Assembly (NCBI GenBank): GCA_025594325.1
Contig: JANHCV010000005.1
Span: 558,001-622,000, forward strand
Direction: 5' to 3'
DNA from: Blastocladiella emersonii ATCC 22665
Taxonomy: Eukaryota; Fungi; Blastocladiomycota
Length of the DNA stretch: 64,000 nt
Numbering within the stretch: the first letter of the stretch is position 1; every line of letters begins with the position of its first letter. The position numbers were made by a program, and so were the translations under genes. Shown one piece after another: positions 22,401-33,259 of the stretch. The notes under the pieces were generated by a model, which worked only from the letters and a program-made list of their open reading frames with translations, ran no database searches and was not told the DNA's origin.

Positions 22401-24869
22401 ATGGCGCACGGCCACGGGCAGGCGGACCTGAAACACGCGACGCTCAACCAGCTCCAGTGGTTCGCCAACGACGGCCTGCGCACGCTGTGCATGGCGTACC
22501 GCGTCGTCGACGAGGAGACGTTCGCCGCGTGGCACGCGCGGTACCAGGAGGCGGCGCTGCTCGCCGTCGGGCGCGACGAGGCCATGGACCAGGTCGCCGA
22601 CGACCTCGAGCAGGGGCTCACGCTGCTCGGCGCCACTGCCATCGAGGACAAGCTGCAGGACCAGGTCCCCGAGACGATCCAGAAGCTGATCGCGGCCGGC
22701 ATCAAGATCTGGGTGCTCACCGGCGACAAGGTCGAGACCGCCATCACCATCGGGTTCTCGTGCAACCTCCTCGAGCGCGACATGACCATGATCGTCATCC
22801 AGGGCGACGACTACAAGTCCACCCGCCGCCAGCTCCAGCAGTCCCTCGCCACGCTGCTCGAGGAGGACGAGGCTGCGCGCCGCGCCGATCTGGGTGATGG
22901 GGATGAGGACGAGGACGCGACCGACGATACCTCGTCCATGGCCGGCACCGAGCCGCTCGTTGAGTCGATGCTCGACGCCGGCGTCCCCGGGACCGTCGGG
23001 ATCGGCGGCGGCGCCGGCGGGATCCACTCGCGCCGCGCGTCACAGTCGTCGTCCACAGCGGGCGCGCGCAGCCGGCACTCGACGGCCACGTCGACGGCTG
23101 CGCACCAAGCGCGCAGCAGCAGCGCGGCGGCGAGCAGCACGGGGGCGTCGTCGTCGGCGGGCGGGCGCGGGCGCACGCGGTACGCGCTGGTGATCGACGG
23201 CAGCTCGCTCAAGTACGCGCTCGAGAAGGAGAACCGGCTGCTGTTCCTCGAGGTCGGGTGCCGGTGCACGTCGGTCGTGTGCTGCCGCGTGTCGCCGCTG
23301 CAGAAGGCGCAGGTCGTGGCGCTCGTCCGCAAGGAGCTCGACTGCCTGTCGCTGAGTATTGGGGATGGAGCCAACGACGTGTCCATGATCCAGGAGGCCA
23401 ACGTCGGGATCGGGATCGCCGGGCTCGAGGGGTACCAGGCCGTCATGGCGTCCGACTACGCCATCGCCCAGTTCAAGTACATCCAGCAGCTCCTCCTCGT
23501 CCACGGCCGGTGGAGCTACCGCCGCATCGCCGCCATGAACCTCACGTTCTTTTACAAGAATATCGTGTGGACGTTCGTCCTGTTCTGGGCGGTACGCTTT
23601 TTTTTCGGCGTTGCGCGCATGGAACGAATACTGACTCGTACGCGCGCAATCGTGTAGCAATTCTACTGCGGGTTCTCGGCCGACATCACGTTCGAGTACT
23701 CGTACGTCAACTACTACAACCTGTTCTTCACGGTGATGCCGACGATGCTCCTGGGGATCCTCGACCAGGACGTGCCGGCGAACCGGGCTCTGGCGTTCCC
23801 GAAGCTGTACTCGGCGGGGCTCAAGCAGGCGTACTACAACTCGGCCAAGTTCTGGGTGCACATCCTGGACGCGCTGTACCAGTCGGTGGTGTGCTACTTT
23901 GTCGGGTACTTTCTGTACACGGACGCGGTGGCGAGCCCGCACGGGTGGGCGTCGCCCGAGCACTACGAGGTCGGGACCGCCATGGCCACCTACGCCATCA
24001 CCACGGCCAACGTGTACATTGCCATGAACTTCAAGTCGTGGTCGTGGATCATGGCCGTCGGCGTGCCCCTCAACCTCCTGCTGTTCCCGCTGTACGTGTA
24101 CGTGTACGCCGTGTACTCGGCCGACTCGCCCATCGCGGGGCTCGAGCGCGTCCTCCTGGGCTCGCCCGCGTTCTGGATCTCGATCCCGCTCGCCGTCTTC
24201 CTCTCCGTGTTCCCGCGGTTCGCCCTCGAGTACTACCGCGTCAACTACTACCCGTCCGACGTCGACCTCGTCCGCCAGCTCCCCAGGGGCGAGGTCGAGG
24301 GCGACTTCCCGCCCGGCCACCACCGCCACCACCGCCCGCACATCAACTGGCTCGAGCGCCTGTGGCACCCGCCCGCGCGCCCGCAGGCGGCGACGCCGGG
24401 GCTCGGCCCGCACCAGCAGCACCAGCATCCGCCGATTTACATGGACGAGGAAGTCGAGCTGCGGCCACGCACCGCGTCGCGCACGGCCGCGACCGCGCTC
24501 GGCGCCGTCGTCCCGGCCGCGCTCGACAACATTTTGGACGCAGTCAACCACGCCGTCGACACGGTGCGCATCTTTGGTCGGACCCAGCGCGAGAAGCTGT
24601 CGCGGCGCATGAACTCGGCGGTCCCGCCGCGCGAGCGGCCGTCGTTCGTCATGTACATGGGCGCGCCCGACGCGACACGGCGGTACCCGCACACTGGGTT
24701 CGCGTTCTCGGCCGACGAGGGGCTGCCGCCCATGATCCGCCGGAGGAGCAGGGGGGTGCCGGAGGGGGTCACGAGCGACGCGGTTTCCGACTCGCACGTC
24801 GAGATCTCCCGGTCCCGCGCCGCGGCCAGGGCAAGGAAGTCGGGGCATGCGCGGATGCTCAGTTTGTGA
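19445..24869 (+). CDS. DNF1: P4-type ATPase (phospholipid flippase), DNF1/DNF2-like, ~4 introns
   Basis: NEIRTTKYT, LDGETNLK, FQ|NILPISLY, phosphorylation site FSDKTGTLT, KGADSVI, GATAIEDKLQ, LTGDKVETA, IGDGANDVSMIQ, LLLVHGRWSY. Confidence 0.97.
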
Positions 24870-25114
24870 TGCACGAGACTTGTTTTAATCCTATCTAGAC
24901 GTGATTCATTGTCCAATTTTCGCGCGGGAGCGGGTGTGAGACATTCAGGAAAAAGTGTCTCGCGCGGGCGGGGTGACCTCACCTGATGCGGCGCGGGCCC
25001 AAGTCAACATCTCCGATGCAAAGCTTCATCGTGGCGCTCGGCCATCGACTGCTCCGCGTGCGACGGAGCTCTCCTCACCCCCCCACGTAACTCTTCTCAC
25101 GACTCATTGCAACC

Positions 25115-25465
25115 ATGGCTGGCGGCGGTCCTTACACTGGTACGGCTGCTGCCGGGCCGCGCCGGCGTCGTCGTCCCCGATGGATTCCCTAACCTCTCCC
25201 CCCGCACCTAGGCTGGTGGGGTCATATGGGCAAGGCCCACCAGGCGCAGAACGGCATCGTGACGTACCAGATCTCGCCGTTCCGCCAGCGCGCGTTCGCG
25301 GGCGCCTTCTCCAAGGGCGTCTTCAACGTGTACCGCCGCACCATGGCCCAGGCCGGCTACATCATCCCGCCCTTCGTCCTCGGCTACGCCATGTACTCGT
25401 ACTGCAAGGACAAGTACGCGTGGTACCACACCAAGGAGGGCCACGCTCACGCCGGCGAGCACTAA
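25115..25465 (+). CDS. QCR8: Cytochrome bc1 complex subunit 8 (2 exons)
   Basis: MAGGGPYTG|WWGHMG...QNGIVTYQISPFRQRAF...FNVYRR...YIIPPFVLGY; typical QCR8 pattern. Confidence 0.93.
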
Positions 25466-25705
25466 GTTGCCGGTACGCTTTTCGTTGGGAGTCTGGTTTG
25501 GGGCCTAGGCTAACGACCATGCGTGCGAGATGTAGACGTGCGACTTTCCTCTCCCCCTTCATCATCCTCCTTCCCCTTCCCCTGTCTCATAGCCGACCCC
25601 CCTCCCCGTCCTCGAAAATACACATCCTGTCTCTCTCTCACTAGCACACGCACGGCAGCGTCTCCTGCCCACCCGTCAACGATGGAAAAATACACCCTGT
25701 ACTCG

Positions 25706-27294
25706 TCACCCACGCCGCACCACGCGGTACACGCGCACCTGCCCACGCGCGCGCCACGTCCCGGGCCAGTCATCGAACGACGCGTGCCAGAACGCGGCCT
25801 CCTCGTGCACATCCTCCGTCTCCAACCCGGCGGGCACCCGCGGCGCGATCAGCCACGTTTCCTGGGTTTTGATGCTTTCGCGCACCGCCGCGGCCGCGAG
25901 CGCGTCGTCCGACCCGGCGTTCACCACGGTCCCCGTGAACGGCCGGCCGCCGCCGCGGGAGAGCAGGAACCCGGGCACAGCGTACGTGCGCGAGCTGACG
26001 ACCGTCACGTTTGCGTCCCCCGAAAGGCTCGCGATCTCGGCGGCCGCGGGCACGATCCCGGCCTGGTGCCCCGCGAAGACAACGTACAGGACCGCGTTCG
26101 CCGCCGCGCCCCAGGTCCACCACCGCGACCGCGGCGTTGGCGGCCCCGCGAGCGCCACGGCCAGGACGCACGGGTACAGCGGGAACAGGAACCGCGCTTC
26201 CTGGTGCGGCGCGAGCGAGAGGAGGGCGAGGCCGGACGCGGCACACGCGGCCGCGAGCCGCGCGATGGGGGTTTGGAGTTTGGGGGAGGGCGCCATGGCG
26301 AGCATCGGGCCGAACAGGAGCGGGACGTTGACGAGTAGATGTGTGATGCGCGGGTGCAGGCCGTGGTGCGCCAGGTTCGCGGCGTCCGCGTTGTACCGCA
26401 GGTTGGTGAGGATCGGGAAGACGAGCGCGCCGTAGTGGAGCGAGTCGCACGCGACCAGGGCCGCGGCCGTCAAGACCCCGGCCGCCGTGAACGCTGCGAG
26501 CAAGCCGATCCGGCGGCTGCGGAGGAAACCCACGACCGCGACCAAACCGACGGGCCAAGCGTACAGGACGAAGGTCGCGCGGACGAACACGCCGGTGGCG
26601 AGGACTGCGCCGAGCGCGGCGGCGGTGAGGGCACGGGTGCGGCCGCGGGTCGCCAGCACCAGCGCCGCCGTCAGTGCCAGCGTCTCGGTCGTGTTCGAGA
26701 ACGAGTGCGTCATGAGCGCGCCCGTGTGCGCCCACGACGCGAGGGTGAGCGACAGCGCGCGGTGGTGTCGCGGGACGAGGTACGTCGCGATCAGGTAGTC
26801 TAACGTGCGCGCGCGTGGGTGTCAGGTCGGCGGAGCGCGCGGACGAGGGCGTGGGGACACACCGATGAGCAGCGTCTGCAGCGCAAAGACGAGCCGGACG
26901 ACGACGAAGAGCGACCGGCCGCTGTCGAGCCCGAGCGCGCGCGCGGCGAGGAACGGCAGGCCCGCGGTGATCCAGCTACACCGCCGCCAGCGACGACGCG
27001 TCAGTCTGACGCGCGCCTCCACCTCCATCGCAGCGAGGCGTACACGGGAAAGATGCTCCGCGCAGGCGCCGCCGGGTCAAACTCCCACGGCAGCGGCGTC
27101 GTGACGCCGAGGAACTGGTCTACACTTGGCCAGGCTCAGCTACGCGATCGCTCCTCCCTCGTCGCTGCCAACGATCCGTTCGTACGCGCCGCGACCTCGG
27201 GCGTCTGAAAGAACTCGTCCGGGTGGATATACGACGGCGCGATCGCCGCGGCCAGCCGCACTGCAGCAAGTCCCAGCATCGGGTCGTTCATCAT
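25706..27294 (-). CDS. SMP3: GPI mannosyltransferase 4 (SMP3/PIG-Z, GT22 family), multi-exon
   Basis: N-terminal APSYIHPDEFFQ, THSFSNTTET, GVFVRATF, NLRYNADAANLAHHGLHPRITHLLVNVPLLFGP, SLAPHQEARFLFP, HQAGIVPA. Confidence 0.92.
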
Positions 27295-27348
27295 CGGTGG
27301 TACATGGAACGGGTGGATATACTAAGGTCTGGGAGAGAGGGAAAGAGG

Positions 27349-29048
27349 CTACGAGGCATGAGGCGACCGATGCAGCGTGCGCCCGCGCCGCCGCTCGGGC
27401 TCCTCCCCCGCCGCCGACGCCGCGGTTGGTGGTGGTGGCGGCGCAGCAGCAGCGACACCTCGCGCGATGGGCGTCGGCGTGAGCGTCCCCGCGATGCTGG
27501 TGTACCCGAACCGCGGCTGCGCGACACCGCCCACAGTGTCCCCGCCGCCGGCGGCCACCGCGCGCGCGGCAGCTGCAGCGAGTACGGACGACGGCGACGC
27601 GAACGCGGCCATCATTCCGCTCGCACCCGAACTCGACGCCGTGGACACGACGGGCTCCTCGTCAAGATCCATACGGCTGAACGCAAGACTCGCGCCCTGG
27701 ATATTGATCGGCAGCGGGACCTGCCGCCCCGCGTTCCCCGGGATCTGCCACGCGGCGTTGGTCCGCACGGGCGTGCTGCGGAGCGACGCGGGCTGCGAGG
27801 GAGGCGGGCTCGGGTCGTGCGAGTACGCGGTCGTGCGCGCGCGTTTGTGCGGCCCGCCGGCACCTCCCCCAGAACTGCCGGTGCTGCTGCCCGGCCGGCT
27901 GCCCTGGCTGCCCTGGTCCGACAGCGACGAGGTGCGCGTGCGTTTGCCCAGCACGACGGGCGGCGGGGACGTCGCGCGGGCGAGCGGGACGAGGGTGCGC
28001 GGGGAGCGCGCCGAGTTGGCGGCGGCGGCGGCGGAGCCGAACGGGAGCGGCGACGGGAAGGAGAGGACCGTCGGGGAGGGTGTCGCCGAGGACGCGGGCG
28101 ACGGCGTGTACACGGCCTGGTTCGACGGGTTCAGGTGCGAGCCGCTGCGTGGGCCGCGGCGGTGGAAGATGACGACCTGGTCCTAGACACGCGGTTTCGG
28201 AAGTTAGAGTGGGGAGGGTGAGACCGATACGAGCGCGAACGTACCGGATCCTTCATGACGGTATCCCCCTCATCGTCCTCGACCGTGGCCTCGAGCGCGA
28301 CCGTAATGTCCTCCTGGACCACGGCCTCGCCGACGCGCTCGCGCTCCGCGATCTTGGACTCTTCGAGCAGCAGCCGCGACAGACGCTTGAGCGGGTTCTT
28401 CTACTCGTCAACGACGCGTCAGAATCCACCCGTCTCCCACATACTGGGCCCACGCGTGCGTACCGTCGCACTCTTCCCCGCGACTCTCGCGAGCGGATCC
28501 TCCTCATCCATGGCCAAACTCATACTCGAGCTCGCGGCGCTGAGCGGGTCGGACCCGCGGCGCTGGCGCACGAGCGACGGCGGCACGGGTCCCGCAATCT
28601 CGCCGCCCGACGACGACGCGAGCGACATGGCGGACCCGGACCCCTGGCTGCCCACGTCGTCTACTTCATCCTCGCGGTCGCGGTCCCGCTCGCGGTCGTG
28701 AAACGTGCGCGGCACACGCGTCTCGGATGCGGACCGCAGCCGCGCGAGGTTCGCGGGCCGCAGCGGGTGGTTGAGGCGGCCGCGCGAGGACGGCGGCGGC
28801 GGGGGTGGCAGCGGGGTCGCGGTCTGGTGATGGTGCAGGAAGCCGTGCGCCGGGTACCGCGCGGCGGGCGGCGAACGCGGACCCATGCCGCCCGCGCCGG
28901 TGCTGAGGGAGAAGGCGGCGAACGACATGGACACGGTGCGGCTCGGGGTCTCGGGGGTCTGCGCGGCAGCGGCGGCGTTGGCGGTGGAGGGTGGGGGAGG
29001 CGGCGCGTCGGCGGGATGATAGCGCCGTGATGGGCGCGATGGATCCAT
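27349..29048 (-). CDS. Hypothetical Ser/Pro-rich fungal protein (about 2 introns)
   Basis: ATG 29048. A short ordered exon KNPLKRLSRLLLEESKIAERERVGEAV is spliced (GTACGT..TAG) in frame to ORF 27349-28113. Otherwise low complexity. Confidence 0.6.
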
Positions 29049-29367
29049 TGTGGAGAACGGGAGAGGGAGGGCGGGAGAGGTCTATATGAAGGTGGGAACG
29101 GGTTCGAGACGAGGCGAGGCGAGGCGAGGCGTGGGACGCTGCGGCGGTGCAAGTGGCGCGCGTTGCGGGTGCTTGCTACATGGAGCTGGACGCGGAGATC
29201 GCAGCCGCGAGATCGAGATTCATTGCTTGCTGTGCCGAGGCGATACGGGAGAGAGAGGAGAGGAGCGGGCGTGTGGCTCGCGTTGGTGGTCGGAGCAAGC
29301 GGAGTGGTCGACGCTTCTCCCAACTCTTCTTCTTCTTCCTTGAAAGACCACCAATCCTGACGAAACC

Positions 29368-29825
29368 ATGTCGCAAGTCTTTGCATACACCGAGTCCACG
29401 CACCCATGGAGCTACCTGAACCTCAAGCTGTGAGTTGATGCTGTCGCGCTGTCCGTTTCGATCGCATGGGAGACCCCCGCTCACCTACCCCGACACAGGT
29501 CAAGGTCGCTTGAACTCCTCGAGCTGCGCCAGCTGCTGCAGTCGGCGGCCACCGACACGCTGGGTCTGTTTGGTGGCGCCCTGCAGATGGACGTGCTCGC
29601 GCTGCGGGCCGGCGGGACCGAGGCGATTGTGCGGTTGCCGTCCGAGTACGTCGTCAAGCTGTACCTCGATCCCCTCGACACTAACGCACAGTGAGTTGTA
29701 GACACGCGACCGAGCTGTGGGGCGCGCTCGCGCTCGTGTCCGGGTTCGACAAGAAGCCGCTGCGGGTCACGGCCACGGACGCGGGAGCGTCGCTGGTCGG
29801 GCTCGGCGTCTCCGTTGACATCTAG
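29368..29825 (+). CDS. POP8: RNase P/MRP subunit POP8-like (3 exons; absent from the ORF track because of splicing)
   Basis: Spliced: MSQVFAYTESTHPWSYLNLKL|SRSLELLELRQLLQSAATDTLGLFGGALQMDVLALRAGGTEAIVRLPSE|HATELWGALALVSGFDKKPLRVT...LVGLGVSVDI*; Rpp14/Pop5/Pop8-type pattern. Confidence 0.75.
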
Positions 29826-29976
29826 CGCACAAGCGCGCAATAGTATAGTAACGACTAGTCCAAGAGTGGTATTGATGCCTAGGTGATGCGATAGGGAGAG
29901 AGAGTGCACTTGTGCGAGGGTGGGCTCCGGCGACGGGAGCGACAACAAAACTGCTGCGAGCGAGCGAGAGACACGA

Positions 29977-31056
29977 TCATGCCGACTCGGACTTCTTGCC
30001 CGCGGCGTGAGCAGCGACCATGGCCTCGAACTTGGCCTGCTCGTCAGCGGGCATCGGGTACGTGTGCTCCTGGGCGGGGAACGCGCCCGCCTTGACCTCG
30101 GCGCAGTACGCGCGCAGGGCCTCGGTCGTGACGGCCGACAGGTTGGCGTACTGCTTGCAGAACTTGGGCACGAACCGGTCAAAGATGCCCAGCATGTCCT
30201 GCTGCACGAGCACCTGGCCCGACGTGCCCGCGCCGGCCCCAATCCCAATGGTCGGGATCTGCAGGATCTGCGTGATGTGCGCCGCGACGGGCGCCGGGAT
30301 CGCCTCGATCACGATCGCGAAACATCCCGCGGCCTGCAGGGCCAGGGCGTCGTCGATGAGCAGCTGCGCCTGCGCGGCCGACTTGCCCTGGACGCGGAAC
30401 CCGCCGAGCATCGCGAGCCGCTGCGGCGTGAGCCCGATGTGGCCGAGCACCGGGATCCCCGCCCGCACGATCGCGCGCACCGTGTCGGCCATGTCGGCGC
30501 CGCCCTCCAGCTTGACGGCCTCCATGCGGCCCTCCTTGATGAACCGCGCGGCGTTGGCCACGGCGAGCTTCGGGTCGGCCTCGTAGCTGCCAAACGGCAT
30601 GTCGGCGACCATGAACGGGTGCTTGGCGCCGCGCGCCACGGCCTTGCAGTGGTGCAGCATCTCGTCCACGGTCACGCCGACCGTCGAGTCCATGCCCAGC
30701 GCCACCATGGCCAGCGAGTCGCCCACCAGCAGCGTGTCGGCGTGCGCACGGTCGACAAACAGGGCCGTCGGGTAGTCGTGCGCCGTCAGCATCGTGATCT
30801 TCTCGCCCCGCCGGTGCATCGCTGCCAGCGTCTGCAGCGTCACCTTCTTGCGCGGCTTCCCGCCAGCGGGCGTGGCCGCGGGAGCGTCGGCGGTCGGCGG
30901 GCGCGAGCTGTAGTGGCGGAGGCACACGGACGCGGCGGCGGTCGGGGTAGCCGAGCGGATCGCGGGCACGACAGCGGCAACCGAAGCCCCGCGGAGGGCA
31001 GGAGTGCAGCGCGCGGCCGCAGACGCGGTGCGGTGGGCGATCGTCACAGAGTACAT
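29977..31056 (-). CDS. ECM31: 3-methyl-2-oxobutanoate hydroxymethyltransferase (ketopantoate hydroxymethyltransferase), mitochondrial presequence
   Basis: KITMLTAHD, LLVGDSLAMV, VADMPFGSY, AVKLEGG, GIPVLGHIGLTPQ, TIGIGAG, GQVLVQQDMLG. Confidence 0.97.
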   Translation of the reverse strand: MYSVTIAHRTASAAARCTPALRGASVAAVVPAIRSATPTAAASVCLRHYSSRPPTADAPAATPAGGKPRKKVTLQTLAAMHRRGEKITMLTAHDYPTALFVDRAHADTLLVGDSLAMVALGMDSTVGVTVDEMLHHCKAVARGAKHPFMVADMPFGSYEADPKLAVANAARFIKEGRMEAVKLEGGADMADTVRAIVRAGIPVLGHIGLTPQRLAMLGGFRVQGKSAAQAQLLIDDALALQAAGCFAIVIEAIPAPVAAHITQILQIPTIGIGAGAGTSGQVLVQQDMLGIFDRFVPKFCKQYANLSAVTTEALRAYCAEVKAGAFPAQEHTYPMPADEQAKFEAMVAAHAAGKKSESA

Positions 31057-31992
31057 GGCAGGGTCGGCCGGGGGTCAGGGGCGGGCGGATCTCGGAGTAC
31101 GAGGCGCAGCAGTCGTCGTTAAGCGTGCGTCGGCAGATCGGGTTGACGAGTGGAGCGCTTGACAAGCGTGCCCTCTCGCTGCAAACCGGCGACGCCGGGG
31201 CGGCCCCGGCCGGCGTAGTGCGGGCAGTTGTTCGGTGCGTAATCTGCACGTGGGCGGCCGGCGCGTCTCTCGTTTTTAGCCGAGGATTCCGGCCTGCGCC
31301 ACCACGCCGCGTGACTGTGGCATCAGCGCGCGAGACGTTCAAAAAGCGCGGCGGTCACGACGCGGTGACATCACGGGCTCCAGTCGCGAATTTTTTTCCG
31401 CAGGGCGTCCGCCGCCGCCGCCGCGCCGCCGCCGCCCACGTCGCTGCAGGCGTGTCCCGCGGCCGCCACCCTGGAGGTCCCACGGTTCCCTGGTCAACCT
31501 TGTTCCGCGCGATCCGCTCTCTCTCTCCTCATCCAACCTCGGCCGTCTTTCCTCTGGTATGAATGTATCAAGCTATCACATGCAGCTGCCGGCCAGCCAG
31601 CCTCGTGCTCGTGCCACCATGGATTCGATCCTCTGCGTGAGAGCGCGCCGCGCCACCTTGGCATGCAGCATGGCGCCCGCGGTCTGGATGGGTTCGCGAA
31701 GCGACGCACGCCGGGCCGACTTTGACGTTGGGGCGTGGCGCCACCCCGACCCCACCACGCGCCGTGCCTGGGCTGGTCGGAGCCCCCAGCCTCGCGCGCC
31801 GCGCGCTGCCGTCGCATGAGTGGCACGGCGCGTGCCGCGCGACGCGACGCCGAGACGAGACGAGCTGGGTGTCCTGGCTGCGTGTGATCCGCTACCCCGA
31901 GGTGCCCGCGACCCGCCCTAACCTTGTTCCTCCCGCGCCCCCTCCCCGCTAGCTCTGACGACGCCAGGTCTCTCCCTCTCCTCCCCGATCCC

Positions 31993-32958
31993 ATGTCGTC
32001 CATCACGTCCCAAATCCTCGCGGCGCTGCCCGAGCCCGTCGTGACGCCGATGCTGCGGCACGCGTACGCGACGGTGGTCGGCGCGCCGCTCGAGACCTTC
32101 GAGTTTGCGCAGGCGCCGCTGTCCGATCCGACGCTCGTGTTCGGGTCCGGGCTCGTGTACCTGTTGGTCATCTTCGGCGGGCAGGCGGTGATGCGCGCGT
32201 TCGGTGTCGGCCAGTCGCTCGGCCCGGCGCTCAAGTACCCGTTTGTCATTCACAACTTCTTCCTGTCGTTCCTGTCGCTGGTGCTGTTCATCGGGCACCT
32301 CGAGAACGTGGTGCCGATCGTCCTGCGCCACGGCCTGTTCCACGCGCTGTGCCACCCGGCCGGGTTCACCAAGGAGCTCGCGGTCCTCTACTACCTCAAC
32401 TACCTGACCAAGTACTACGAGCTCATCGACACCGTGTTCCTGGTGCTCAAGGGCAAGCCGCTCGAGTTCCTGCACTGGTACCACCACTCGCTCACCATGA
32501 TCCTGTGCTACACGCAGCTCGACGGCACCCCGACCGTCCAGTGGGTCCCGATCCTCCTCAACCTGTTCGTGCACGTCGTCATGTACTACTACTACGCGCT
32601 GTCGGCCCTCAAGATCCGCGTCTGGTGGAAGCAGTACATCACCACCCTCCAGATCACCCAGTTCGTCCTCGACCTCGCCGCCATCTACTACGCCGCCTAC
32701 TACGCCACCTACTTCCACTGGCGCCCGCTCGTTCCCACGCCCGTCGCCGACGCCCTCGGCCTCCCCCTCGAGGCTACCAAGCAGTGCACCGGGTCCCTCA
32801 CCGCCGCTTACTTTGGCTGCGCCCTCCTCACCTCCTACCTCCTCCTCTTCATCCGCTTCTTCATCAAGACCTACATCACCAAGCCCGCGGCCGCCGCCAA
32901 GGCGCCCGCGGCCAAGGGCAAGGGCAAGGGTAAGGGCGGCAAGGCCAAGACCGAGTAA
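31993..32958 (+). CDS. ELO2: Very-long-chain fatty acid elongase (GNS1/SUR4 family), 321 aa
   Basis: KYYELIDTVFLVLKGKPLEFLHWYHH, NLFVHVVMYYYY, ITTLQITQF; C-terminal KxKxx ER-retrieval (KAKTE). Confidence 0.95.
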   Translation: MSSITSQILAALPEPVVTPMLRHAYATVVGAPLETFEFAQAPLSDPTLVFGSGLVYLLVIFGGQAVMRAFGVGQSLGPALKYPFVIHNFFLSFLSLVLFIGHLENVVPIVLRHGLFHALCHPAGFTKELAVLYYLNYLTKYYELIDTVFLVLKGKPLEFLHWYHHSLTMILCYTQLDGTPTVQWVPILLNLFVHVVMYYYYALSALKIRVWWKQYITTLQITQFVLDLAAIYYAAYYATYFHWRPLVPTPVADALGLPLEATKQCTGSLTAAYFGCALLTSYLLLFIRFFIKTYITKPAAAAKAPAAKGKGKGKGGKAKTE

Positions 32959-33259
32959 ACGGTGGCCGATGCTGTCGCTCGTCGCGCAGGCCAGTTGCAC
33001 AACTCGATTCACATGTTCTATCTGCAATAAATATCAATAGCTTATCACCCTCCTCGCGCCTCTAATCCGTGCCTGCGCTCCTTTACGCGGTCGGCGGCGG
33101 CCAGCGAGCGGACGCGCGCGGATCCCTTGCGCCACATGCGAGACGGTCAGCTGATGCGTTCGGGGTTGAGACAGGTGTCGCTCCACGTCCCTTCCGCATC
33201 CCCTATCCGCATCAATCCATGTATCACCGGCTTCCATGTAACTTGTGACTTGCTGCATC

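Noticed and set aside
29977-31056. Recent bacterial HGT or contamination (intronless panB)
   Set aside because: It has a mitochondrial-type presequence, host codon bias and intron-containing neighbours, and ECM31 is a normal fungal gene.
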